From Mobula hypostoma (taxonomy: Eukaryota), in assembly GCF_963921235.1 (NCBI RefSeq), contig NC_086106.1:25420001-25484000 (forward strand): a stretch of 64,000 nt of DNA, read 5' to 3'. Positions 38,446 to 51,310 of the stretch are shown piece after piece. The stretch's first letter is position 1, and each line of letters starts with the position of its first letter. The position numbers were made by a program, and so were the translations under genes. The notes under the pieces are model-generated. The model saw only the letters and a list, made by a program, of their open reading frames with translations. It was not told where the DNA came from and searched no databases.

Positions 38446-39477
38446 CGTACATTCAATAAAGTAAACAGAGAATGATTTGAAGATGTTTGTCCGATAAAAC
38501 AGAAGTTATTCAAGTAAGACAAGCAGAGACTTTCCGGGAAACTCGGCGCATTCATTTCAAAGTATATGCGGATTTTTTTTGTTCTCTAAATACAGGGTTG
38601 ATACCAACCACAGGACGGTTTGGCGTTAATTGACTCACCTCTCCCCCCCACCCCACCGACCCCCTCCCCTCGTCTCCGTCACTGTCTGATCTCTCTCTCT
38701 CTCTTTTTGTCTCAGTCCATTACTTTTGGCTCTGCATCTCCGATTATGCTCCGAATCGTCTCCCTCCGTATCTCTCTCACTCACTTTCACTTTGAAGTGG
38801 ATCTGAAGGAGTTTATTTTTGCATTCTTTTAGTGTTTCACTTTGTACTACCTCGATAAGCTGTTTAATTAATGCATCTGTTAAATCCCAGTCAATGCAAT
38901 CATCCGACAAGAATAAACAAACATATCCAGCAAAATGCCCCACGTGGTGATAACATCAGATCTGTTAAATCTGTTTGGGAAACCAGATGATACAAGCTAT
39001 CACTCTGTTGTGCTCCCATTCCCTCTCTCTCTCTCTCCCTCTCTCGCTCTCTTTCCTCCTGAAAATGGCTTCAGAATATAAGTATACGGGTAGTATGCGG
39101 TCAAGTTTATGTACTTTAATCATAAAGTTATTTTGAATATTGAACCTCTTACGCTATCACGCTAAACATTGGCAGGTTCTGTCGCACTATCTAAATACTC
39201 AGTATAAATCAATGTCGCTTTTGCAACATCCTTAATATCGATAGCATGCCACTTTCAAATCTTTGTCAATCCGATAACTATTTTTCCCACCTGTGTTTTC
39301 CTTTGTCAGCAATTGTACAATTTAAATATATCCCGTTTCCATTCTGATTGTTTCTCGCTGCAGACACTCGAACAAAGTGTCTATAGACAAGGTCAGGCCG
39401 TGTTGTCGATCGTGGTATGCAATTGCAGCAAAAGAGGTTGGGTGAAAAATCAATTAAAATGCAATTTATCCGTACAG

Positions 39478-39820
39478 TTGTCCTTCTGCAACTAGCTGTA
39501 AATCAAAGTGGGCAACATTGATGCCTCTCCAGAACAACGGCAAATAATTTAGAGATTGTCCATAATGTTGAATGTCCGAAAAGATATTTGCAACAACTTC
39601 AATGTAATTACATTTCAGTGTTATGTTCTGTCCTTTCTCAGCCGTCACTTCTGGAGGATCCTACGTCACTGAATCTTTCCCGCGCGTTCCTGGAATAAAG
39701 GACACAGTAAGTAAACATCTCTGTCTTGTATTGACCGCAGGGGAAATTCACTGTCCACCTTCGCAGAGACTCAGCAGACAACACAGCCAATGCAACGCGT
39801 AATGAACAGAGGGAAAGCAT
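39478..39820 (-). pseudogene. Family A V pseudogene copy 6, 3'-deleted
   Basis: Leader 39775-39820 with donor mutated to CT; Trp lost (FSDIQH); FR3 end and RSS deleted. Confidence 0.85.
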
Positions 39821-40134
39821 GGTGTCCAATTTCTGTCTGGATCGAACGGCAAATTCCTTCCAGGACGTAATTATTACTGTACAGATATTGTGATGTGAGT
39901 TTCAGTGATAGCTCTCACCTTGTTTATGTCCCCTCTCTCTCTTACTCTCTCTCTCTCTCTCTCTCGCTCTCTTTCTCTCTCTCTCTTTGGGTTTTGGTAC
40001 TCTTTGGAAGATGTCTGTGAAGGGTATGAATGAATTTTGTATTATGTATTGTGCACATTCTCTGATTTACAGGGAACCCTTGAAGCATGCTGGATAGGTT
40101 TTTCGCTGTTCCCTGGTACATCAGAAAAAAATAT

Positions 40135-40400
40135 AATGAACTTTAACCAGTTTGGAGTAAGTGTGAGGGTCTGCAAAGTGTAGGACTATATCAGGCTGTC
40201 CTGAAGCTCATAGAATATCGGTTGAGCGGAAAAATGGAGGTGATGGACTGCAGAGAACCTAGCATGCGGTGCGGTGATATTTGGTGCCACGTACCCAAGG
40301 ATCTGGTTCGATCCCGACATTCGATTCTATCAGCAGATACCCATGTGCTTAGTTTCCTTATTTCCTGCGTTATCATGTTTTGAACGTCCCGTATAAGATA
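40135..40400 (+). pseudogene. Family D possible V-like remnant copy 3
   Basis: Homologous to D1. Confidence 0.3.
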
Positions 40401-41453
40401 TTCTGGGTAGCCCGTCTTCCTGATCGAAGGGTCACTGAGGTACGTGTTAAGAGGAATTTGTGAAAATTCGACCGGTAAATCTGTTAACCATTAGACCATA
40501 AGATAGAGGTTCAGAATTAGGCCATTTTTTTTTCTGATCGAGTCTGCTCCGCCATTTCAATGAAACAGTGTGAAAATGGAATTTTGCCAAACGGCAAACA
40601 TACCATTTAAGTGAGAGTTTCAGGAGGTCGAAATGTAGCTTTGGAAACAGATGTAATCATTTTCTGTTCCTTCTACCGTAATCGGTCGTTCTCTTTGTTT
40701 CTGTCTTCCATCTAAAGGAAAACACGGAAGTCTAAAAGCACGTTCCAATGTGCACAAGTATACATTCTATACGGTTATAAGAATATTGAACCAGATGATA
40801 TAATTGAATCTCAATCCCTATCCACCTCGGTATGATTTTGTTCTTTATTTCCTGGCTGCGCTGCATTTTTATTCGTTTGCCACACGTTATTGGTGCATTG
40901 TTTTATTGTTTTACTTTGTACTACCGGAATAAGCAGTGCAGTCAAATCACCTGTTATAACCGAATCGATGCAATCATGCGACAGTAATAAACAAATTCCG
41001 TTTGCAATCTAGATATATATACCAAAATGTTCCATGTGGTGATTACATGGGATTCGTTCAATCTGGTTTGGAAACCAGATTATACAAGCTTTTCACTCTG
41101 TTGTGATCCCTCGCTTCCTCCCTCGCTCTTTTATTCTGAAAATGTCTTCAAAATATGAAACTCGGGGTAGTATGCGCTCGCCTATATGTATTTTAAGCAC
41201 AGAGTTACTTTCAGCACTGAACCCCTTTCACACAGGACGGGAATACACCGACCAAAATAGTATTTTCATTCTCTGTCACTCTAAATATCGGCAGGTACTG
41301 TCGAATTATTTAAATACTCAGTAGCTGTTGTATCTTCATAATTTCAGTGGGTTGTAGATTTTTGGGTTTCAGTAGCATGTCACTTGCAATTCTATGTTAT
41401 TCTCGAAAACACAAATGTTGTCACCCAAACATGAGAAAATCTGCAGATGCTAG

Positions 41454-42332
41454 TGTTAAATACTTCATGGATATCTTGTGACTGTATTATGAGGATGATG
41501 TAATGGTGTTGCGGAGGTCATATACGTATTTTTCCCGCCGATGTGAGGTCATGTGATGACCTGTTCTCACCAGGTATATAAGGGCAGACTCCCGGTGACG
41601 CAGTTAGTTACTCAGTTAGATCGTCAGTCAGATACTCCACTATGCTGCGTATTCGTCCCATAACGCAGTTTAGTTTTAAAACAGAGTTTTACTTTCTACT
41701 GTAAGGTGCAGAAGTGTTGGACCGGCAGTTTCACCAATAGTTGCAAGCTTTGTTGGTGTAGTTTTTCATTAGTATTGGAGAGTGAAAACATTACTAAAGT
41801 ACGGAACCTGAAGGACTCCAGTAAAGCTGATATCGTTTGGCGGTTTTGGAGAGGATCGACCTTTATTGAATCATCGTTCAAGTAAAAGTGACTGCAACTG
41901 AGATATACCCTGCTAAAATAGGAAGGATAGTGCAGTGTCTAATCGCCAGAGGAAAAGGTCAGTTCCTTGAAACCGTTTTATTTCCGTCATCATGAATCCT
42001 GCGGTCAAGGCAGGTACCAGCTGGGATCAGCAGTAACGACACGTCCACGAGGAATTATTTACTGCAGGAAAAACTCTGCTAATTGACTGTATAAATCTCT
42101 TGGACTTTCGAATTTGCTATTCTAAGAAGGGTGTTCGAATTTACCACTTTAAGAATTGATTTCCCATTTACCCTTTTAAGAACTGCTCCAGAGTTCCCGT
42201 ATAGCAGTTAACTTCCGTTTAAATTAGTCGTAGATATACATGCCGCTGTTTTTGAGCAAGGTTTAATAAATGTTTGTTTGTTTTTATAAAACATGTCTCA
42301 ATGCTACAGTCATTCTTGTCGGTCACGTGACA
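41454..42332. mobile_element. Solo LTR-like element (879 bp) nested in a Penelope-like element
   Basis: TGTTAA...GTGACA termini, TATA-like GTATATAAGG and AATAAA; splits gcagatgct(gg)aaattcaagc; TSD only partly matched. Confidence 0.65.
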
Positions 42333-42900
42333 CGGGAAATTCAAGCAATACACACAAAATGCTGGTGGAACGCAGCTATCCAGGCAGCAACTGTAGGAAC
42401 AAGTACAGTCGACGTCTCGGGTCGTGGCACTTCGTCAGGTCTGACGGAAAAAAGAGACAGTGAGTGATTTAAAAGTGGGAGGGGAAGCAGAGACCCGAAA
42501 TGATAGGAGAAGACAGCAGGGGAGGGATGAAGCCAAGAGCTGGGAAGTTGATTGGCAAAAGGGATACAAGGCTGGAAAAGGGCGAGTATCCTGGGATGGA
42601 AGGCCTTTGAATAAGGTAAGGAGTAGGGGAGCACCAAAAGAATATGCGGAACAGGCAAGGAGTTATTGTGAGACGTAAAGGGAGAGAAAAAAAAAGATAA
42701 ATAAATAAGTAGAGATGGGGTAAGAAGGGGAGGAGGGGCACGAACGGAAGTTAGAGAAATCATTGTGCATACAATCAGGTTGGAGGCTACCCGGACGGAA
42801 TATAAGGTGTTGTTCCTCCAACCTGAGTGTGGTTTCATGTCGGCTGTACAAATGGATTGCCATATCGGAATGGGAATGGGACGTGGGCACTGGGAGATCC
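42333..42900. mobile_element. Penelope-like element with GIY-YIG C-terminal remnant
   Basis: Minus-strand RLEEQHLIFRPGSLQPDCMHNDFSNF; shared terminal motif with other copies. Confidence 0.65.
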
Positions 42901-43282
42901 TGCCGCCCCTGGAGGGCACCCTCTGTTTACCTTTGGTCAGCTATTGACCACTTCAAATATATCCCGGTTCCACTCCATCCTTGCAAACAAACGAACAAAG
43001 TGGCTGAAGACAATGTCAGTCAAGGCTGTCCATCGTTATATAACCCTACAGCAAAAGAAGATGGTCGAATGCACATTACGTTATTCAGGAAAAGAATTGC
43101 AAACTTCCAGTTTGGTTGCGCCTTGAAATAAGAAATTGTTCCTTCAGCTTCGGCGACTTGTAATGCTGCTTACAGCGCTCTTCCGCAGGGCACGTGACCA
43201 AGGATGATTTCTTTGTGCACCACTTCGAGATTCGCCGTGAAAGGGCGCCCTCCTGTGAGAGTTTTGTGCATAATACAGGACT

Positions 43283-43321
43283 AGTTTTTGTCCAGACCCG
43301 CCGTCTGCATACAACAGTGTG
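43283..43321 (-). promoter_or_regulatory. 23-RSS of V A7
   Basis: CACACTG + 23 nt + ACAAAAACT. Confidence 0.95.
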
Positions 43322-43753
43322 GTGCTCATTGCACAGAGATACCTGCCAGAGTCCGACACAGGAGCTTCAATGATATTCAACTGAGCCGTCTTGCTGGATT
43401 TCTGCAAACTGGCGGTAAACCTCAACGGGCAATATGGATGCCGATGCATTCTACCAGTGCTAGATACCTGCAGCAAATACTTTGGATGTCCTCCACTATG
43501 TTGAATGTACCAAAAGATATATGCATTATCGTAAGTGTAATTACAGTTCATTGTTATGTTCTGTCCTGCCTTGGCCGTTAGGTCGGGAGGATCCTGCGTC
43601 ACTGAATCTTTCCCACTCGCTCCTGTAATAAAGGACAGAATACATCAACAACGCCGGCTTGCATTGAACGCCGGGGAAATTCGCTGGCCACCTCCGCAGA
43701 CACTCACCAGGCAGCACAGCCAATGCAATCATTAATAAACCGAAGGAAATCAT
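43322..43753 (-). CDS. TRAV: Intact TCR alpha/delta-type V segment A7 (leader 43708-43753, V exon 43322-43622)
   Basis: MISFGLLMIALAVLP|GASGKDSVTQDPPDL...ITMNCNY...FWYIQH...RHPYCPLRF...DSGRYLCAMS; GT-AG intron; RSS. Confidence 0.93.
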
Positions 43754-43984
43754 GGTGTCTAATTTCTGGCTGAATCGAACAGCTGGTTCCTTCCAGGACG
43801 TAACTATCACTCAACAGATATTGTGGTGTGAGGTCTTTTCAGCGGTACCTTTCAGTCTCTATAAGAGAGGGGGCGATTTCCTGGTTAAAGGATTGGCTGA
43901 CACAATGAACCGCGACTTTCTGAGCACCAATCAGAATCTGTTTTCTTTCCTTACGTCATTCTCCGCTCTTTCAATGTCCCACAT

Positions 43985-44030
<46 letters not shown>

Positions 44031-45747
44031 TTTCAGTGTGCCCTACTGTATCTGTTACCCTCTTCTCTGTATAATAACAACATATTCAAAAACTTACCAA
44101 TGTGTAATCATGCCCAGTTAAGATTTTTTCACATGGTTGCTTCTTCGAGTTGGAGTGTATCCAGCTGGAAGTAGTTCATATCTCTATTTGTTTGTTTAGT
44201 AGTTATTTGGTGATATATCCCACAATAGTCCCTTAGGTCAACATTTTTCAATCTTCCAGGATTTAAGTAGTTATTCAATGTCAGCAAGTGTTCATTTAGC
44301 TATTCCCTAATCTTTCTTTACAGTTGGGGAGCCAGTCTACTATCCACGCAAATAGACTCCTGAAAGCAGATTCTGTGCAGCAAGCACTCCGTTGAAAAAA
44401 AATACTCACAACGGCATGCCCCTCGTAATTACTTCCAGTCGCATGAAAATGTCGTAATTTCGCATGAGCCATTTCCACCCTTAGGGGAAAGGGCTGATTG
44501 TCCTCTCTATCTAAGTCTTGACAGTTATTAAGTTATTAAGTTACCCCTCGTCTTCCTTCGTTCTAAAAAGAAAGGTCATTTCTCGCAGAAACTGAAATGA
44601 CCTGTGGAATATACAAGCACTTGTGTATGTTAACTGAAGTTGAGCATTACGATTCGTCTTCCTTTAAACGTCGATGCAGAGAACTAGACCTATCCCACAC
44701 GCTTCCACAGAAGAAACACAACATGACTGAAAATCCAGTGCTCGTATTGCACCTGCGAGACACCCACTTTCTACTTGCCGGGCAGCAGAGACAATATAAT
44801 TAGTGAGGATCAAGGACGTACATGGAGCCTGCTTTCACGCGCTGTCTTAAGCCAGATAACAAGAAGTTAACACCACAGATTTGAGAGAATCATGTCTGAT
44901 ACGCTACGCTCTTCACATCGTGCAAAACCTGTGTAATTTCCTCTGCTATTCGGTGTTTAACCGTGGAGCTCAGAGCTGAGCCTATTTAACCACCGACGTT
45001 AATGGAACTAATACACTCTCTGTTTATTTATCATTCACTCTACCTATATTATATTTGCCAATCTCACCCTTCCCTTCTTCGTTCTATTTGAATTAATACT
45101 TCATTTCTTGCAATGCATCTCCTTCTTTGTTGCCCATTTTTTTTACTGTCCTTTCTTTCCTTCGCTCAATGGCTCTTCGTCTGCCTCCGTATTCCAATCT
45201 GCAATTTCACTGAATCATCAATGTAGTTTTAAACTCATTGTGGGAACATCCTTTAATCCAACGCCTGTCCACTCCGTATTAACTTTCAATCCATAAAATA
45301 AACATCTATTTATCTGCCATTTTCGTAAGATAATGTCAATAAACCCCAAATGAAATTTATCTTCATCAGAAGCATTTAGTGTGACAGTATGTCCGATGCT
45401 GTCTAGTCATATACAACCTCAGTATCTCTAGGTTGCACTCATGTTCACTGTTAATCCCGCAAGGCAGTGAAAAATGAAGTCCAGCAAAAAATTAACCACA
45501 CAATATTCTTGCAGGCAACAGAGAGACATGGACACCACCATATAGTGGAAATGCATATAGTGGAATTGCTTCGCAAAGCCGCTACAATATCCCTAGAAAA
45601 AGCTATATTCAAGAAGTGTTCCACAAGTTTAGTCACATTTTGTTGCTGAATGCGGCATTTCAAATCGACCACGTGATCCCCATGCTTTCTGCGTACAGCT
45701 GATCTAGTTCCCCAGCAAATGGCGCCCTCTAGTGATCACGTAACACT

Positions 45748-46214
45748 GGATTTTGTCCAGACCCGCAACACTGCGCGGTCCATTATACAGAGGTACTGTA
45801 TACACCAGAGTCAGGGGCAAGAATAATTCTGAAGAATTCCAGAGATACCTGAATGAGCTGACTCTGCGTCTGTGCATAACAACTGTAAACCTTGCCGGGC
45901 ATTCTGATGCAGCTCCAGTTTTCCTCAGCCGTATAGCTTCAGCAGTTTTTAGGAGATTCTCCGCGATGCTTAGTGTATCAAACTTGTTTGTCTTAGATCT
46001 TCTGTAACTGCATCTCAGTATTATCATCTGACTTTCGTCAGACGGTAATTTAGGAGCAGCCTGATCACAGTATTGTACTTTCTCGCTCCTGCAATAAAGG
46101 ACAAAATGCAGTGACTTCCCTGACTTGCACTAAGCTGCGCTCTCGCTGGTCACGTGTGCAGCGTCTTAGTTGTCAAGATGGCGAATGAAATTTATAAGAA
46201 ACTGAGGGACACAT
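45748..46214 (-). pseudogene. Family B V pseudogene copy 4 with 12-bp-spacer RSS
   Basis: Leader ATG at 46214, acceptor 46089/46090, Trp codon TGA; RSS CGCAGTG + 12 nt + ACAAAATCC (45748-45775). Confidence 0.85.
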
Positions 46215-46902
46215 GCTGACTCGCTTCAGCCCTGATAGGATCGCAAATCACTTACAAGAATTTATCAACATGACAGATAATGGAGAGTAAAACGCATCCG
46301 AAGAAGACTGAATGGTGGAATGCTCAACGGTTGCTAAATAAAATCAGAACAAAGGCACTAAGCAGAATCCGGTTGTGTTGAAAGCCTTTTCTTATCCTTT
46401 TCCCACAATATAAATCTCTCTTTCTCTCTCTCTCTCTCTTCCTCCCGCTGTTTCTTCCACTTTCTTACCCCTCTCCCCACTCTACCTCTCAAAATCTATC
46501 TTTATCTCTTCATCACCGTCTCATTATTTTGCTCTATCCATACCTACTTCTCTCTCTCGTTCTCACTCTGCGTATTGATTTCTATTGTTCTATTTATTTA
46601 CATTTTTGAATGCTCTAGCAACTCACTCCCGCTTTCCCTGTCATTCTGCCCCTGCTCTATCCTTTTTCACACCGTCACTCCATGCTAAGCAGCGTATCCG
46701 CGACGATGCCTACGAGTCAACCACAGAATTATGTCTTCCCGCTATTGCTGTTATCTAACTTGTATTAGCCTTTCATGTTATTGACGAAATACCTTTCAAT
46801 CTTCCAGAACTCGGTTGGATAATTCATATTAATAGCACATGAAATATATATTCCCATGGACGAACTGGAATCAGATGTTTAGCGGACATGGAAGGCACGG
46901 TT

Positions 46903-47293
46903 AGAGCAGGCAAACATTGCGAAAACTGAGGTCTCCAGATCCTGTATCGCTGTGGAACGTTGAGTCTTGAACTGCGGAAAGCTATTCAGTGGAGTCCGGC
47001 ACGATGCCCCCGAACTTATTTAGGCGGAACATCTTTGACCAGAGACCCAAAACATTACCAGACTCACTTCGCGTAGAACAATACAGTGACACAGTCTGCT
47101 CTTCCACGTGTAATTAAATCCCTCCTTTTGCGGTTCACAAAATCTGCCCTACTCCTCCCTTTAACAGGCTCCGAATGCATGAGGGGAGCCGGAACGCACT
47201 GACCCTGCAGGACGCGCTCCGACCGATTAGACGGATTCACTAAGCTGAGTAGTCGATACAAAGACCTTCCAAGGGCGGTACTATCGGGAACAT
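46903..47293 (-). pseudogene. Family C V-like pseudogene copy 4 (same internal deletion as C3)
   Basis: GRSRADFVNRKRRDLIT...; 3' AIQDLETSVFAMFAC. Confidence 0.6.
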
Positions 47294-47563
47294 CGTACAT
47301 TGAATAGAGTTTGAAGACATTTCTCCGATAAAAGAGAAGTTATTCAAGCAAACACAAGCAGAGACTTTCCAGGAAACCGGTGCTCTATTTCAAACTATAT
47401 GCGGTTTTTATTTCTAAATCAGGGTTTATACTAACCACAGGATTGTCTGGCGTTAATTGGTTCCCTCTCCGACCCCCACCGTCTCTCTCTTACCGCCCCC
47501 TCCCCCGCCACCGTCTGTCACTTCCACCCCTCCCTCTCTCTCCCTCTCTGCTCTCTCTCTGTC

Positions 47564-47602
<39 letters not shown>

Positions 47603-47762
47603 CTGCTTTGGGTTTTTGTAATGTTTGGAGGATGTCTGTGGAGGCTATGAATTTCGTGTTCTATATTGTGCACATTCTCTGATTTTAAAGGGAACCATTG
47701 AAGCATGCTGGATAGGTTTTTCGCTGTACCCTGGTACGTTAGAAAAAGAAACAAAAATATAA

Positions 47763-48030
47763 TGAACGTTAACCAGTTTGGGGTAAGTGTGAGGGTCTAC
47801 AAAGTGAAGGAATATATCAGGATGTCCTACACCTCTTAGAATATCGGTTGAGCGGTAAAATGGAGGTGATGGAATGCACAATACCTAGCTTGCAGTGCGG
47901 TGATATCTGATGCATTGTCACCAGGGACCCGGTTCGATTCCGACATTCAATTAGATCAGCAGATACCTGTGTGCTCAGTTTCCACGTTTCCCGCGTTATC
48001 ATGTTTTCAACGTCCCGTAAAAGATGCTCT
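47763..48030 (+). pseudogene. Family D possible V-like remnant copy 4
   Basis: NVNQFGVSVRVYKVKEYIRMSY...TRFDSDI...SADTCVLSFH. Confidence 0.3.
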
Positions 48031-49431
48031 GGGTAATATTCCTCCTGATCGAAGTATCACTGAGGTATGTGTTAAGAGGAATTTGCGAGAACTCGACAGG
48101 TAAATCTGTTAACCATTAGACCATAAGATATAGGAACAGAATTCGGCCATTTGTCCAATCGACTCTGCTCCACCATTTCAGATGAGACAATGTGGTAATG
48201 GGATTTTTCGGAACGGTAAACAAACCATTAAAATGAGAGTTCCAGAAATTCGAAATATAGCTTTCGAAACAAGTGCAATCAATTTCTGTTCCATCGACGG
48301 TAATCAGTTGTTCTTTCTATTTGTCTCTTCCATCGGAGGAAGAACACAAAAGACGAAAAACACGTTCCAGTGTTGCAGAAGTATACATTCTACCCGATTA
48401 TAGGAGTACTGAACTGTAGGAAGAAATTGAATCTCAATCCCAATCCACCTGCGTCTGATCGTGTTCTTTATTTGCTGGCTGTGCATCATTTTTATACGTC
48501 TGTTAAACTTTATTTTTTTACTTTGTTTTATTGTTTTACTTTGTACTACCGCGATAAGCAGTGCAGTGAATTCATCTGCAATAACCGAATCGATGCATTC
48601 ATGCGACAATAATATACAAATTCCGTTCGCAATCTAGACATATATACCAAAATACTCCACGTGGTGATTACATCGGATCCGTTAAATCTGGTTGGGAAAC
48701 CTGATTTTTACAAGTTATCACTCTGTTGTGATCCCATTCCCTCTATTCCTCTTTCCCTCTTTTATACTGAATATGCTTTCAAAATATGAATCTTGTGGTA
48801 GTATGCGGTCGCCTATATGTATTTTAACTATAAAGTTACTTTCAACACTGAACCTCTTTCACACAGCACGGGAATACACCGAGCAACATAATATCTGCAT
48901 CCACTATCACGCTAAACATCCACAGGTTCTGTCGGATTATCTAAATACTCAGTATAAATCATGAGTAGCTGTTGTATCTTCCTTAATTGCAGTGGGTTGT
49001 TAATTTCTGGGTTTTGTTAGCATGCGACTTTCAATTCTTTGTCATTCTGGAAAGCACCAATTTTGCCACCCTCTGTTTTCCATTGACCACTTTAAATATA
49101 TCCCGGTTCCACTCCTTCCATATTATTTTTCCTTGCAAACATTCGAACATAGTGGCTAAAGACAATGTCAGTGTAGTTTGTCCGTCGTTATATACCCTTA
49201 AAGCAAAAGAAGATGGGTGAATGCTCATTGTTATTCAGAAAATGAATTGCAAACTTCCAGTTTGGTTGCGCCTTGTAATGAGAAAGTGCTCCTTTAGCTT
49301 CGGCAAAGTGTGCAACTATTTCCAGCGCTCTTAAGCAGGGCACGTGACCAAGGACGATTTCCTAGTGCACCGTTCCAGATTCGCCGTGAAAATGAGCCCA
49401 CTTGTGAGAACGTTCTGCATAATACAGGACT

Positions 49432-49889
49432 AGTATTCGTCCGGACCTGCCGTCTCCATACAACAGTGTAGTACTCATTGCACAGAGATACCTGCCAGAG
49501 TCTGACACTAGAGCTTCATGGATGTTTAACTGAGCTTTTTCCTGACCTGCAAACTACCGGTAAACCGGTTCATTCGATTCATTCCTCCAGTGCTAGATTC
49601 CTTCAGCAAATAATTTGGAGTTTCTCCACTACGTTCAATGTACCAACAAAGAAAATATGAATTATCGTAAGTGTAATTACAGTTTAGTGTTATCATCGGT
49701 CCTTCCTTGGCCGTTAAGTCGGGCGGATCCTGCGACACTGAATCTTTCCCACTAGCTCCTGCAATAAATGACAGAATACATCAACAACGCCGGCTTGTAT
49801 TGAACGCCGGGGATAATCGCTGGCCACCTTCACAGACACTCACCAGGCAGCACAGCCAATGGAATCATTAATAAACAGAGGGAAATCAT
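49432..49889 (-). pseudogene. Family A V pseudogene copy 8 (leader 49844-49889, V exon 49471-49758)
   Basis: Intact leader and splice sites, but FR3 frameshift (SLQVRKKLS*), heptamer TACACTG, nonamer ACGAATACT. Confidence 0.9.
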
Positions 49890-50107
49890 GGTGTCTAATT
49901 TCTGGCTGAATCGAACGGCAGATGCCTTTCAGGACGTAATTATCACGCATAGATCTTGTGGTGTGAGATCTTTTCAGCGATACCTTTCACCTCATGTAAG
50001 AGCGGGTGCGTTTACTGGTTAAAGTACTGGCTGACACAATGAACCACGGCACCAGTCAGGGCCTGCGTTGTTTCTTACGTCATTCGGCCTGTTTCTCCGC
50101 TCTTTCA

Positions 50108-50110
<3 letters not shown>

Positions 50111-50159
<49 letters not shown>
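50111..50159. repeat. (CT)n microsatellite upstream of the V promoter
   Basis: Pure CT run; equivalents at ~6683, ~15285, ~24087, ~43987, ~54481. Confidence 0.95.
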
Positions 50160-50164
<5 letters not shown>

Positions 50165-50865
50165 AGTGTGCCCTACTGCCTCAGTTACCCTGTTCTCAGC
50201 ATAATCACAGTATATTCAAAAACTGATCTCCGTGTAATCCTACCCAATTAAGTATTTTTCACATGATGGTTTCTTCGACTCGACAGTATACCGCTGGAAG
50301 TAGTTTATTTATTTGTTTGTTTGTTCATTTGGTAATTTGGTGATGTATCCCACAATAGTCCGTTAGGTCAACTTTTTTTCAATTTCCGGCATTGAACTAG
50401 TTTTTCAATGTCAGCGAGTGTTCATCTAGTCTTTGTTTGCTGTTGCAGAGCCAATCTGCTATCCAAGCCAATAGACTCCTGAAAGCACACTCTGTGTTGC
50501 CAGTAAATTCTCTCTTTTATACTCCGGACATTTATTCATATTCTTTCCATTTATCTACATGTTTGAACAATCTAACAACTCACTCTCGCATTCTTTGCCA
50601 TTCTGCCCCTGCTCTATTCTTTTTTTTTACATCATGTCACTCCATGCTAACCAGCGTATCCGCGACGATTCCTCCGAGTTATCCGCAAAATTATGGCTTT
50701 TCGCTGTTGCTACCTTCTGACTGATTATTAGCCTTTTAAGTTATTGCCTGAACACCTTTCAATCTTCCAGGTCTCTGTTGGATATTTTTTGTCAATAGTA
50801 TATCAAATATTTGTTCCCATCGACGAGCTGGGATTAGGTGTTTAGCAAAAATGGTAGGCACCGTT

Positions 50866-51310
50866 GGAGCAGGCAAACATTGCTAAAAATGTGTCTAGAT
50901 CCTGTATCGCCGTGGAGCGTTGAGTGCTGAACTACGCAAAGCTATTCAGTGGAGTCCGGCAGGATGCCCCGGAACTTATTTAACCGGAACATCTTTGCCC
51001 AGAGTCCCGAAATATTACTGGACTCTCTTCCTTATGAAAAATAATTTCATCAGTTTTCCAGAACACTGAACGCACGACAAATAGGTTCTGCCAAATTCCG
51101 AGTAACTGCAATTCAGTGACACCGTTTGGCCTTCCACGGTCATTAAATCTCTCCTCCTGAGGTTCACAAAATCTCTCCCACTCGTCCCTGTATCAAGCCC
51201 TGACGGTGTTAGAGGCGCCGGAATGCAGTGACCCTGCAGGGCACGCTCTGACGAATTCGTCAGATTCACCAAGCAGAGTTGTAAATACATAGAACCTCGC
51301 ATGGGAACAT
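50866..51310 (-). pseudogene. Family C V-like pseudogene copy 5
   Basis: GTSGRDFVNLRRRDLMTVEGQTVSLNCSYSEFGRTYLSCVQCSGK. Confidence 0.65.
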
